From: Octopus sinensis
Lineage: Eukaryota
Direction of reading: 5' to 3'
DNA length: 64,000 nucleotides
Assembly (NCBI RefSeq): GCF_006345805.1
Contig: NC_043005.1
Span: 56,048,001 to 56,112,000 of the forward strand
The translations under genes were made by a program, and so were the position numbers. This document shows, piece after piece, positions 13,110-24,210 of the stretch. The first letter of the stretch is position 1. Each line of letters opens with the position of its first letter. The notes beneath the pieces were generated by a model. That model worked only from the letters and a program-made list of their open reading frames with translations, did not search any database and was not told where the DNA came from.

Positions 13110-14175
13110 AACATCAAGAGTTGCTCTTTTTTTTTTTTTTTTTGGCAATAAGTTCCTCAATCCTCTTCCTGACTGCACCACAAGCTTTCTTAATGAATTC
13201 CTCATCAATGTCTTCCTCCCACATCCCATGGATGGAGTTCTTGAGAGCTTGCAGGTTACTGTGGGGCTCCTTACAAGCTTTTCTGACCAGCTCATTCCAG
13301 ATGCTGAATTCTAAATGGTTCAAATTCGGTAACGAAGGGGACCAAGTGTCCCTGCCCCAAAACTTGTTTCCATACTCATCCCTGAGAAAGTTTTGAGCCA
13401 CTGCAGTTAGGTGACAAGGAGCTTCATCTTGCTGGAATGGAAACTTGAAGTCTTGTTGGGTTTTCCTTCTCTTGCTTCAGGATATTCAGAAAGAATCTGG
13501 GCTGTTACATCTTTCAAAACCTGAACATAACAAGCACCCTCAGTCTCTCAGCCTTCACAAACATGATCAATAGCATCTTCTTGCCATCAGAGGCCATGCT
13601 GCAAAATCACCACCTTGGCAGGGTTTTTGCACCTGAAAATGACATTTTTAGGCTTTGTCATTAGGATTTGAAGTCCAAACACAGCTGTTATATCTGTCTA
13701 TGTGCATATCTTGAGTGAAATTTTTCTCATCTGTGTAAAAGATCATTTCAAAATTATGTTTCACTTTGTTCAAGATGATCTTCACCCTCTCCAGTCTTCT
13801 AACCTTTTGTCCTGGAGTAACAAGGTGCCTCAGTCTTGTGTTCAATTTCCTTTTCAAATCTTCAGTCACTGCTCTTTGAACTATCATAGCTGAAGCTCCA
13901 CTCTCATATGACAAGCATCTTATGGATTTAGTTGGATCTTTTCTGACTGATCTCTTCAGTTCCAGATTGAAATGATGATCCCTCTTGCAGTTACAACCTC
14001 CTGATCCAGTTTTCCTCTCCACTATTCCCTCATTCTCAAACTTATTTACAATTCTCTTCGGGATTTTTGAATGGACTTTGAAGATAGAAGCCAGAGAATG
14101 AATGTTGGTATTATTACTGAAGGCCTGGATGATCTTAGCCCTCTCAACATTGCTCAGTTGGTGAGGCTGGCACAA
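13110..14175 (-). pseudogene. Decayed Tc1/mariner-superfamily transposase (maT/DD37D-like)
   Basis: N-terminal HTH region (ERKTGSGG), then YTDEKNF, frameshifted ASDGKK, FQQDEAPCH and WSPSLPNLNHLEFSIW. At least two frameshifts; the C-terminus runs into a poly(A) tract. Confidence 0.9.
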
Positions 14176-14344
14176 AAGGATTTCGGCCTGTTCTCTTTCT
14201 AGCAGCTAAATATCTCAATAGGTATTTCACTGATTCTTACAAAACTGGTATTAGTATGGCCAGACATCTCATCTGGAAAAGAAGTCTTAAGAATTTGTGA
14301 GTTTTAAGAATTTTGCTGGTATACGCAGTATGTGTGTGTGTATT

Positions 14345-14660
14345 TATCTATTATATAAAATCCGTTCTGTCTGCCTGTGTGTGTGTCTTCTAGGATCTCA
14401 GGCATCCTCCATCCAATTGCGCTCAAATTTGATTTGTAGATACCAATGGTATCAGGGCATGCATAAGTCTTGAAAAAATTACAAAAATCGATTCCAGGTG
14501 AGAATGCGATTGATAAAGTTGTAGGAACGTGCATTTGTACGCGTAATAAAATTGTTTTTCTTTGGAATAGAAAAAAGTCTATCTTTATTTCTTCTTTTGT
14601 TAAGAATTTAGGTTAAATTAGTGTTTCTGAAAAGGGAGAAATTTAGGTTAAATCAGGAGA
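14345..14660 (+). mobile_element. Helitron-like 5' end fragment
   Basis: TCTATTATATAAAATCCGTTCTGTCTGCCTGTGTGTGTG...CAAATTTGAT resembles the TC-start plus CTGT-repeat 5' ends of animal non-autonomous Helitrons. No 3' hairpin-CTAG was found. Confidence 0.4.
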
Positions 14661-15982
14661 GGCCTATGGGACAGTCGGACAAGTTGTTTTGAGAAAATTT
14701 GGTGTAAATGTTTGACAACTCTGTACCGTCCATTGGACAGGGGGCGTTTTGCTCATATATATATATATATATAATTTCGTTTTGGGATTTGGTTTGCAAG
14801 ATTCATTATGTGAGCTTGTGTATTGAAGCATATTCTGTTGTGTTTGGGGGGAGTCATTCTCTTTTAGTGTCTTATAATTTAGCACACTCACCAGCAAAAT
14901 TTCCACTCATTTACTTATTAATTTGTTAAAAATTTTCATTGTGTCTTGCAACATTTTCAATAGTTGTTTACTCTGTCAGACTCTCCCCAGATACAACAGT
15001 ATACATGTGTGTGTGTGGTGTGTGCGTATGTGTTTGTGTGTGTGTTTATGTGTGGTATGTTTATATATATACACATACATATAGTATAAGCATATGAAGG
15101 TATACATAAGAATGTGTATATGCAAACACATTTAGGTGTGTATATATGTGAATACACGTGACTTCATGTATACATACATGTTTGTGTGTATATCTATACA
15201 TTACATATTAATGTGTATGTATGCAAATACACAATGTGTGCGTGTTTGTGTAGAGGTGTAGGAGTAGCTGTGTGATGAAGAAATCTGTTTTGCAACCATG
15301 AACTTTCAGGTTTTATCCTAATATGCATCGTCTTGAGCAAGTTTTTTTTCTACTATAGGCTTGGTTTGGCTACTGACTTACAAGTAGAATTTAGTAAATG
15401 GAAATTGTGCAGTAACACGTCATAATACTGGGGATATTATGGTCAACAAAAACCCTTAGAGGCAGTGACCCCCGCAATAACTCCAGTTTGTTGACTGAAA
15501 GCACTAAAAGAATATGAATTTATGTATGCATGTATTTACATGTTTGTGTATGAATGCTTGAACATGTATGCATATGTATAAATGTAAGCATTTGTATATA
15601 TACAAGTGCATATGCATATCATATGGCAAGCAGAGATATTGGAGATGAATTTCAACACAGCATGCGAGGGATTTCTGTTTCCCCAATTTGTTTTACAAGG
15701 TCTCTTGGTCCTCAATTTCATGATGTTTATATAGTTACATTTGTGTGTGCATTCATATATTTTAGAAGCTCCAAGGTGATGAGCAAGCACTTAGCTTTGA
15801 CTGTACTGTATCTTATAGCAGCAACAGCTGTAAGCTAATGAAGTTGATTATGTAATTCTGTCCCCTTGTCATTTATTTAATTTCATATTATGAACTGTAC
15901 TCACCTAACACTTTATTTTGTAGCATATGTATTTTGAGTTTCAACACCAGGCTATTACTATCACTATACCTAAGTGAAATCT

Positions 15983-16017
<35 letters not shown>

Positions 16018-16094
16018 ATATGGCATATACATACATGCCAAGTGGATGTGAAATGAATACAAAGATTATAGATGTACATGCTTATAAGCATACA

Positions 16095-16445
16095 TATGTC
16101 ATCATCAACGTCGTTTAACGTCTGTGTTCCATCCTTGCATGGGTTGGGCAGTTTGACTGAGAACTGGCAAGCTGGGAGGTTGCACCAGGCTCCATTCTGA
16201 TTTGGCAAGGTTTCTACAACTGGATGCCCTTCATAATACTAACTGCTCCAAGGGTGTAATGGATACTTTTATGTGCTATTCAGGTGGCACTGGCATTGGC
16301 CATACTCAAATGGTGCTTTTTACATGCCATCTACATGGGTGCCAGTCATGTAGCACTGGCATTGGCCATGTTTGAATGGTGCATTATACATGCTACCAGT
16401 ACAGATGCCAATCAGGCAGCACTGGCATGAGCTACACTCGAATGG
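16095..16445 (-). mobile_element. RTE 3'-end copy with internal tandem duplications
   Basis: CATCATCAACGTCGTTTAACGTC..CATGGGTTGGGCAGTTTGACTGAG...GGATGCCCTTC followed by three ~60-bp GCACTGGCAT..GAATGGTG units. Confidence 0.8.
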
Positions 16446-17321
16446 TGTATGTATGGATGTATAAAAATTCACAAATTACTATGTGAAATATGAATGCATT
16501 TGTGACTGCATATATATCCACCTCCAATACCTACACATGCAGAGCAGTGAATTATCTTATGTTGCAGTGATCTCATGGATTGTGAAACATTTGATGTCTG
16601 TGTGTTGTGTATAGCAAAACAGATGTAGTATCTACAACCAGAGACTGAAGTTGCTTGTTTACTTCAATTAGAACATATTGCCCAACTATATTTTTTACTT
16701 ACTTCATGTATGAGTTTTATTTAATCAAAATTATATGTGTAGATATGAGTGTGTGTGCGTGTGTGTGAATACATATATCCTCGTGACTGTGTGCATGCAT
16801 GTGTATCTCTCTTTCTATATATTAGTATGTATATGACTGCATGTGTTTGTGTATGTATGTACAATTGGGTTTATAGTTTCTTCATATGAAAACCCACAAT
16901 TTCAGTTGATTTTTTTTTTTAATTCTGAGAACTGTCTCTTTTACTTACGTATAAAGATATCCTATTCCACTACAAGTTGGCTTATTTCTCTGACATCAAA
17001 TCACAGCAAAGCCACTATTTATATTTGTCACACAAATTCATGTAACTGTTTCACACAGTTTAACAGATTTTTTGTTTAGGGTGATGATCTAATTTCATAT
17101 ATACTTGTTTCTTTCCGGCACATTGAAAGCTTCTCTCAACTTACTGTTTTGAAATTCTAGCTGCTGTTCTCATGATATTTGTTAGTTCAACTGTTCAGCT
17201 GGTGTCTAGTTTTATTGTGTTGCTCATGTTATTGTTAACTATTAAACTATTACACAGAATGATTTCAACTTCAAAGTGACAGCTAGGATTTCAAGTTATT
17301 TATTGATTTTAATTCCTCCAG

Positions 17322-17372
17322 CTATTGGTTGAGCTTAGGAAAACAACTTGGAATCAGCAGTACAAAGTATAC
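17322..17372 (+). CDS. Candidate exon (51 nt to donor gtgaga, or 79 nt to donor gtgaat at 17401)
   Basis: Acceptor tttattgattttaattcctccag. Phase 2-2 reading YWLSLGKQLGISSTKY(T), or phase 0-1 reading LLVELRKTTWNQQYKVYVREWMDDCL. Non-repetitive sequence. Confidence 0.35.
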
Positions 17373-18234
17373 GTGAGAGAATGGATGGATGACTGTTTGG
17401 GTGAATGAATGTGTGTGTGAATGAGCAAAATCATCTCCCATATCCTAGTCATCTACAGAGCCAGAATTCAATATGTTTTTTTTTTTACCTGCAAAGACCA
17501 GTTTAATATATTAATTTTAAAGTTTTCATACTAGATGTTAGGGTCAAGGTGAAATTCCTTCGTTCATAGCTTTTATACGAAAGATATTTTGTTAAGGTAG
17601 ATTCTGAATATATTCTGAAGTTTTATAAATATAAATTTAGTTGCTTTTCCTAAATTCTTTTAAATCTGTGATTACTCCCAGAAGTAATTGAAACGGTTTG
17701 ATACTTTATTTGGCAATGAAAGGATTACAGAATAACCTGGAATTGAATAATCAGGGCTGACCTAAGCAGACATAGTAGTAAGTAATGCTAATAGGGAAGC
17801 CAACTCTTCTAAGGCAGGAAATTATGGGAAGCTGTCTAGTAGCTAGTATACCCAAATTATCCTTTTGTTTCATCTTTATTACTATATATATATATAAATG
17901 TAGGTATATAAATGTAGATATATAAATGTAGGTATATATATATAAAAATGTATGTATATGTAGCATTTTGTTTGTATAACATGTATATATATTATATATG
18001 TAAATGTATGTATATGTTGCATTTTATATATATTTATGTATAACATTATATATATGTATATATCTTCATATATAAAACAGTGTGTGTGTGTGTGCATGCT
18101 CATGGGTGTGTGTTCCCTATGGATTCGAAAACTGAGTTGTCAATATTGACATATGAGGTATCAAAACATTTGGTACTTTTTCAGCTACAAAATAAAATGT
18201 TTTTTGCACAACAAACACAGACACACAAACATAT

Positions 18235-18424
18235 AAACACACATATATATATACATATATACGATGGGTTCTTCCAGTTTCCGTCTACCAAATCCACTCA
18301 CAAGGCTTTGGTCGGCCCGAGACTATAGTAGAAGACACTTGCTCAAGGTGCCACGCAATGGGATGAACCCAGAACCATGTGGTTGGTAAGCAAGCTACTT
18401 ACCACACAGCCACTCCTGTGCCTA
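18235..18424 (-). mobile_element. SINE head C, well preserved
   Basis: ACGATGGGTTCTTCCAGTTTCCGTCTACCAAATCCACTCACAAGGCTTTGGTCGGCCCGAG...CCACACAGCCACTCCTGTGCC, next to a (CA)/(TA) linker. Confidence 0.9.
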
Positions 18425-18838
18425 TATTATATAACTGGATGTATTTGTAGCTTTATATATATATAAAGGTTTCTATTCATTTATTCTATTTATTCATTTA
18501 TTTATTTTCTCACTGATTCTTCTCATTTCAAAAACACTCTGGCCTTTTGACCACTCCCCTAAGAACAATAGTTGGTGCCCTGTTTATCTCCTAAATACCA
18601 ACCTACCCAAGAAACGTCCCCCACCACCACTCCATTAAATCAGCCTAAATGCATAAATACCAGAACTTATTTTGACAGCCAGCTTCCTGAAGATTTCATC
18701 TGAATGAAACAGTTCTAGTCCTGTAGAAGCTCCTTCTATAAAATAAATTACTTTACTCTGCTATGTATTGAGTACCTTATTTACTGTGGTTAACCCCGAC
18801 TCAACCCGGGACCTACATATATATATTTATATATATAT

Positions 18839-19009
18839 GATATGTGTTTTATTGGTCAGTAGTTCACATGTCTGAAAAGAAGGATACTTTGAAACATTAG
18901 CGCAGTCATCTTTAAAAGGTTGTTTCTTATGGCTGGTGAGAGAGTGACGATTGGTTTCACACCTATAAAGCGCTTAGCTCTATAGGCACCTTGTCAGAGT
19001 CAACCTTAC
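18839..19009 (-). mobile_element. Non-coding cassette 2 between (TA)n runs, with a hammerhead-like motif
   Basis: ~170-bp block flanked by TA runs at ~18816-18838 and from 19010; contains the motif at 18940-19004. Confidence 0.5.
18940..19004 (-). ncRNA. Degenerate type I hammerhead ribozyme-like motif
   Basis: Minus strand GTTGACT-CTGACAA-G-GTGCCTATAGAGC-TAAGC-GCTTTATAGGTGT-GAAAC-CAATC-GTC-ACTCT. 13-bp stem II (with G.U pairs), intact GAAAC and GUC triplet, core CUGACAA vs CUGACGA; stem I is imperfect. Confidence 0.55.
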
Positions 19010-20239
19010 ATATATATTTTATTTATGTACACTTCAGCTGAAATTGTTTGTGTGTGAGATACACCAATTTTCTGTGGATGTTTATCCACATTCTGTTTAA
19101 TTTTATAGTTTATTTATTATGCTCAAGTGGCAAATAAAGAAATTCTTATTACTTTTGTCACCTCACATAACCACATACTGGATATATCCCTTTGACTATA
19201 CAATAGCATTTATACAAACCTTTATTATTTTTGGTATCAATGTTGTTCTTGTTGTGAAATGATAGAAGAATGTATTAAGCTGCAGAAATGTAAAATAGAC
19301 ATTTCATTTGCGAATCCCATTGGCATACAAGCATTCCGTACAAACAAACAGAAAGGTTTTTATAGTTTTGTATCAAATACTGAATTTATTTTATACAGCA
19401 TTTTCTATCAGTTAAACAAACAATACTGCATATATATATATATTCTTTATAATTGCCATTGATCCATTTTTACCAAATAAGGACTTTCTAGTTTGACTTA
19501 GCTACTCCATAAGTGTTCTTGCATGTGCTATATTCTTGGATTACCGATATTACCTTCACTGTCCTGGAGTAGGTCAAATGAGTTCTCAAAGATAGACAGT
19601 TATCTTGTGTTCAGATTGGACAACTGAACTTGCATGCTCATGTGTTTAAATTTTACAATGGTTATTTCATCTCATCCTTTGGAAATGCATACTGCTCTGC
19701 TTTTCAAAGTTTTTTTTTCTGTTCTGCATGTATTTCATTCACTTCACAATAGAAAAGGTATGAATACTAGAACTTCCCATTTCCCTGTCCCTCTTTCTTT
19801 CTTATTCTTGGATGTGATATGTAGGGCCATCTCTAGTTGATATTGAAACTCAGATTACTGGTCCATTTCCCCAAGAGCTTTTTGTGACATAACACTAAGC
19901 AGTTAACAATGGTTGGTGGAGTCAGAGCAACAGACAAAGTGGAGTTTTTAGTTATGTACCTTTAGAGTCTCAGCTCAAATCTTACCTGCACTGACTTTAT
20001 AATTGATCCTTCTGGCTTTGTTAGAATAAGTATGAATCTTGTATTGGGGTCCATTAAATTGACTGTACCCTTCCACTAGATTTGTGGTCTTATGTTTATG
20101 TTGGAAATTTTAAATGTTTACATCAAAGCTTTTACTTTAAAACCATACCACTTATAAGCATAGATGAAGTTGGGCCAATAAATTTGAATTGGACAAAGCG
20201 AGGTTTTTAATTATATTCCTTTTGCTTTTCTCTGTGAAT

Positions 20240-20760
20240 CAAACGCATAAAAAGTATCAAGTAGATGAATACTTTGTCAAAAACTTCACTATGCATCACA
20301 CCCAATCATAAACTTAGACTAATAACATACTATAAAAACACCAAGATCAAAAATGTCCTTATCAATAGCTCACCAAAAGCATATAAATCCCTAAACAAGC
20401 AACTAATGACCAATATAATCTATAAATTTGTCTAAAACAACATTGCAAACTTCAAGACTCCAACTGTTATATTGGACATACTTGTGCAACACCCTCTTGT
20501 AGGTTCACTTTGCATTTACAAGAAGGAGCTGTGGCAAAACAATGTTACACATCACAAAACGAAGTTATATAATAAAATACTAGGAGACAATACTTATATT
20601 GCAATACAATGCCAAAATAAATATGCAACCAATAATACATACAACAAAAATTAACATGTAGCTACTGACACAGGATCCAAATGGTTAAAACTTTGACCAC
20701 GACAAACAAATCAGCATGTAAGTACTGATAAAAAAGGATAATGGTTAAAATAATGACAAA
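20240..20760 (+). mobile_element. Penelope-like retroelement remnant (GIY-YIG endonuclease C-terminus and 3' repeats)
   Basis: Frameshifted translation KLRLITYYKNTKIKNVLINSSPK...TNIIYKFV* / NCYIGHTCATPSCRFTLHLQEGA / ETILILQYNAKINMQ. These match the GIY-YIG motifs and E..LI....P.IN.Q terminus typical of PLEs. Confidence 0.8.
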
Positions 20761-20939
20761 ACAACCTTTGGCTAGAAAGTCTTACAAGAAAGTACAAAAA
20801 AAAAAAACAAAAATAAAAGAAATAAAACTAAATAAAATAAAATGATAGAACTAGAAATAAAAGAGATAGAATAAGCAACTATGCATTTATTGACCCCCAC
20901 ATACACACGAAATGTAATAATTAATATTTTGTAATTCAG

Positions 20940-21170
20940 GTACAAGACTGGCAATTTTTAGTTATGTAAGTTGATTATATTTACCCCAGTACTCAACAGT
21001 TACTTTATTTAACAATCCCAGAGGGATGAAAGGCAGAAATTGACCTTGGTGGGATTTGAATTCAGAGTGTAAAGAGCCAAAATAAATACTGCATAGTATT
21101 TTGTCTAATGGTCTAATAATTCTGCCAACTCACTGCCTTTTTGTAGTGAATAATACTTTTCAAATTTTAG
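20940..21170 (-). mobile_element. SINE family A copy
   Basis: ACCCCAGTACTCAAC..GATGAAAGGCAGAAATTGACCTTGGTGGGATTTGAATTCAGAG. Other copies at ~19900-20110 (+), ~24290-24480 (+), ~38260-38445 (-), ~48640-48790 (-), ~52895-53115 (+) and ~55270-55435 (-). Confidence 0.8.
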
Positions 21171-21474
21171 CTCAGGACCAAATACTGAAAGATAAAACAA
21201 AATTAGAGTAGGAACATTAGACACCATGTTTTCTCAGGTGAAAACAAACTGATACCCATTCTTAAATTAAGTGTACAATTCCATTGCACACAATAACATA
21301 TATTTGATCTAGTTAGTGATCCCACTATTTATCCATAATACTTTTAAGTAATACACAAAAGAGCTTCAACCCAGTTATTTGTTCTGCTGAAGTAGCAGCC
21401 AAATCTTTCTTGAATCACAATTTGCGATCATTAAGGAAAAAAGAGAAGAGACACGATGAATGATATTGTAATCT

Positions 21475-22347
21475 GCTCTGTTGACAATCAAAGGTCTCTC
21501 TCTTTCTGAGTGAAAGGAAGATTGCATGATGCATGTATATGAACAGCAATACTACATAGAAGTGAGATGGCCCTGAATAAGGAGGACAGACAAAGGTTAA
21601 ATATGCAATGTAGATGTGCATGTGCAACAGAGTGCTAGTGTATTGAGAGAAAAGTTAGGCATAAGTAGAATTAGATGCAGTGTGCAAAAGAGAAGACTGC
21701 ACTTGTTTGATCATGTGGTGCAGATGAATGCAGACAGCTGCATAAAGAAGTGTCAATCATTTAAAGTGGAAGGAACTTGTGGAAGAGGGAGACTCAGCAA
21801 GATGTGGGACAAAATACTGAAGGCCTATCTCAGGACACTGCACCTTATGAAGGAGTTGACAAAGGACCAAACTGTCTGGTACATTACTGTACTCAAGAAA
21901 ACCCAGCCATCACAGCACAATTATTACTGCTCCCCTCTCAGCTGAAGGGGTTTTTGCCTTGCAAGAGCCCCATGCTGATATCACATAAAAAGCACCTGTG
22001 CCAATACCACATAGAAAGCACCTGTATTAGCATCACATAGAAAGTGTTTGTGCTGGTGCCACATAAGAAGCACCTGAGCTAGCACCACATGAAAGGTACT
22101 TGGCCTGGACCATGGGGAAAGCATCCATGCCAGGTCATGTAAAAAGCACCTGTACTGGTGCTGCACAAAAAGTATCTTTGCTGGTGCCATGTAAATAGCA
22201 CCCAGCACACTCTGGGAAGTGGTTGGCATTAGGAAGGGCATCCAGCCATAGAAGCCAAGCCAAATCAGACTGGAACCTGGTCTAGATTTTGGTCAAACCA
22301 TCCAATCCATACCACCATGGAAAACGGATGTTAAATGATGGTGATTA
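21475..22347 (+). mobile_element. 5'-truncated RTE-clade LINE (ORF C-terminus plus 3' UTR)
   Basis: LREKLGISRIRCSVQKRRLHLFDHVVQMNADSCIKKCQSFKVEGTCGRGRLSKMWDKILK matches the RLRWFGHV...RGRGRP..TW end of RTE ORFs. It is followed by a 26-bp minisatellite, GGAAGGGCATCCAGC and the CCATGGAAAACGGATGTTAAATGATGGTGAT tail. Confidence 0.9.
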
Positions 22348-23759
22348 AATGAAATATGTTTGTAAAATGGAATAGTTATGGCTTGAATACATTTAATCAT
22401 AGTTCTACTTGTCGGAGACTGATTTGGAGCTAAGCAAAAACAGCATAACACTTTCGAACTATCCAATTTTATCACAATAAGAATAGTTTGTGTATTTCAT
22501 TGACATTTTTTATTCTTTTGGCTTATACTGCTGCTAACACCATTTGAACTTATAACTCATGGAACAGAACTACATTACTGTTAAGAGAATAAATGAATCT
22601 AAAATGCCATCCACATGCAAAGCAACTGTTAAGCTAGTGTTAATTCAGGGAATGTTTAAAGAAAAAAAGCTAGCTAGATATAATTATAAAGCAGAGAAGA
22701 AAATAAAAAAAAACAACATTAGTAACTGATGAATATCATTTTGATTTTTTTTTTCTTTTTTCTGGTGTGGGAGACAACTTCAGATATGTTTCACTGTTAT
22801 TCTAACCTAATCAGTGGAGCATTTAAAGCATAACCTTCCAAAGTTAAGATGAAAGAAATACATAGTGTATATACTAGATTGTACATTGATTGGCATAGGA
22901 AAATATTGGATGGTGTATTTTGAGTTAACCTACGTTTGGAAGATTGGATAGTCATGGTTGGAATACCTTTGATCATAGCTCTGCTTAATAAGGGTTAACT
23001 TAAGGATCAATAGCACCAGAACCACAAAACAAACAAAACAAAACTCATACAGAAACCATCTGTACAGTATAACTGAACAGATAGTTCCATACTTTAACCA
23101 TACAGCTATAGAGACATTTCACTTTTCACAGTTAATGTTACTTCCCCTGAGCAAAGCACATAACTCTACTTGCTTCAGTTTACCTGACTAAACAAAAACC
23201 AGGTTCTGCTCTAACAAACAAACAAACCATTCTCATTTTTGCAAGCACAGGAAAATGAATGTGAAAGATTAATTTTATATAATGTTTTTATATCACCCAC
23301 TTTTAGCGAAGTTTTATTTATTCATATATTTGCTTTTTACTTGTCTTATTAGGAAACAATGAAATATTTCATTTTCCTCCACAGTGCACACATTTTATCT
23401 CAAATGAATTATTTCAGCCATAAAACTGGAATATTAAAAACTGAAATTTTGTACTCATGCATCTATTTTGAGGAATCAAAGTTGCTAATCTTTAAAAGAC
23501 ATTTAATTAAGTTGTATAAATATTTGAAGCTACCATTGGGAGTTTAATAGTCTTTCTATTTTCTCTGTTTTTTTCACATTTTCTTATTTCAATTATCAAA
23601 TATTAAATCAATTAGAAAAAAAATGTCATTAAAGCAAAACTTTCAGGAAGCCACTTTGGAAGACTATATATATATATATATATATATATAATATCTCTTA
23701 TCAACATAAGTAATAGTTGTTGATATCTAGATTTACAAATATGTTGCAATCCTCTTTCT

Positions 23760-24027
23760 TCATCTATCAGTTTGTTTGGTTTTTATGTCTGTTTTTCCAT
23801 GCTAGCATGGGTCAGATGACGTTGTTAAAGCAGATTTTCTGGTCAGATGCTCTTTCTGTTGCCATCCCTTACCTGTTTTCCAAGTATGACATTTCTTTTC
23901 ATTAAATTGGTCTTCACATATTGAAAGCTAAAAATATAGTCGTTAGCTATAAGATGGTAAACAAAATCTGTGGGGGTTTTTTTAGTAATTTTCATCCAGA
24001 TGTTGTAAAGGATGGCACATGAAATGA

Positions 24028-24058
<31 letters not shown>

Positions 24059-24210
24059 TTACACACAACAGGCTTCTTCTCAGTTCCTATGTAGCAATTC
24101 TGCTCAAAGACATTGGTCAAGCAGAGGTTAGAGTAGAAGACTTTTGCCCATGATGTCACACAGTGAACCAAACCTAGAAGCATGTGGTTACAAAGTGAAT
24201 TCTCTAACAA
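23760..24210 (-). mobile_element. SINE, head C + (CA)n + tail H (RTE-like 3' end)
   Basis: TTTTCCATGCTAGCATGGGTCAGA...CTGTTGCCATCCCTTACCTGTTTTCCAAGT, then (CA)n, then CAGGCTTCTTCTCAGTTCC...GACTTTTGCCCATG...GAACCAAACC. Confidence 0.8.

Noticed and set aside
12990-14330. Terminal inverted repeats for the maT-like transposase
   Set aside because: I found no convincing match between the two flanks, so the element boundaries are left undefined.
21971-22203. CRISPR-like array
   Set aside because: The units are directly adjacent with no unique spacers, diverge from each other, lie in a LINE 3' UTR, and no cas genes are present in this eukaryotic context.
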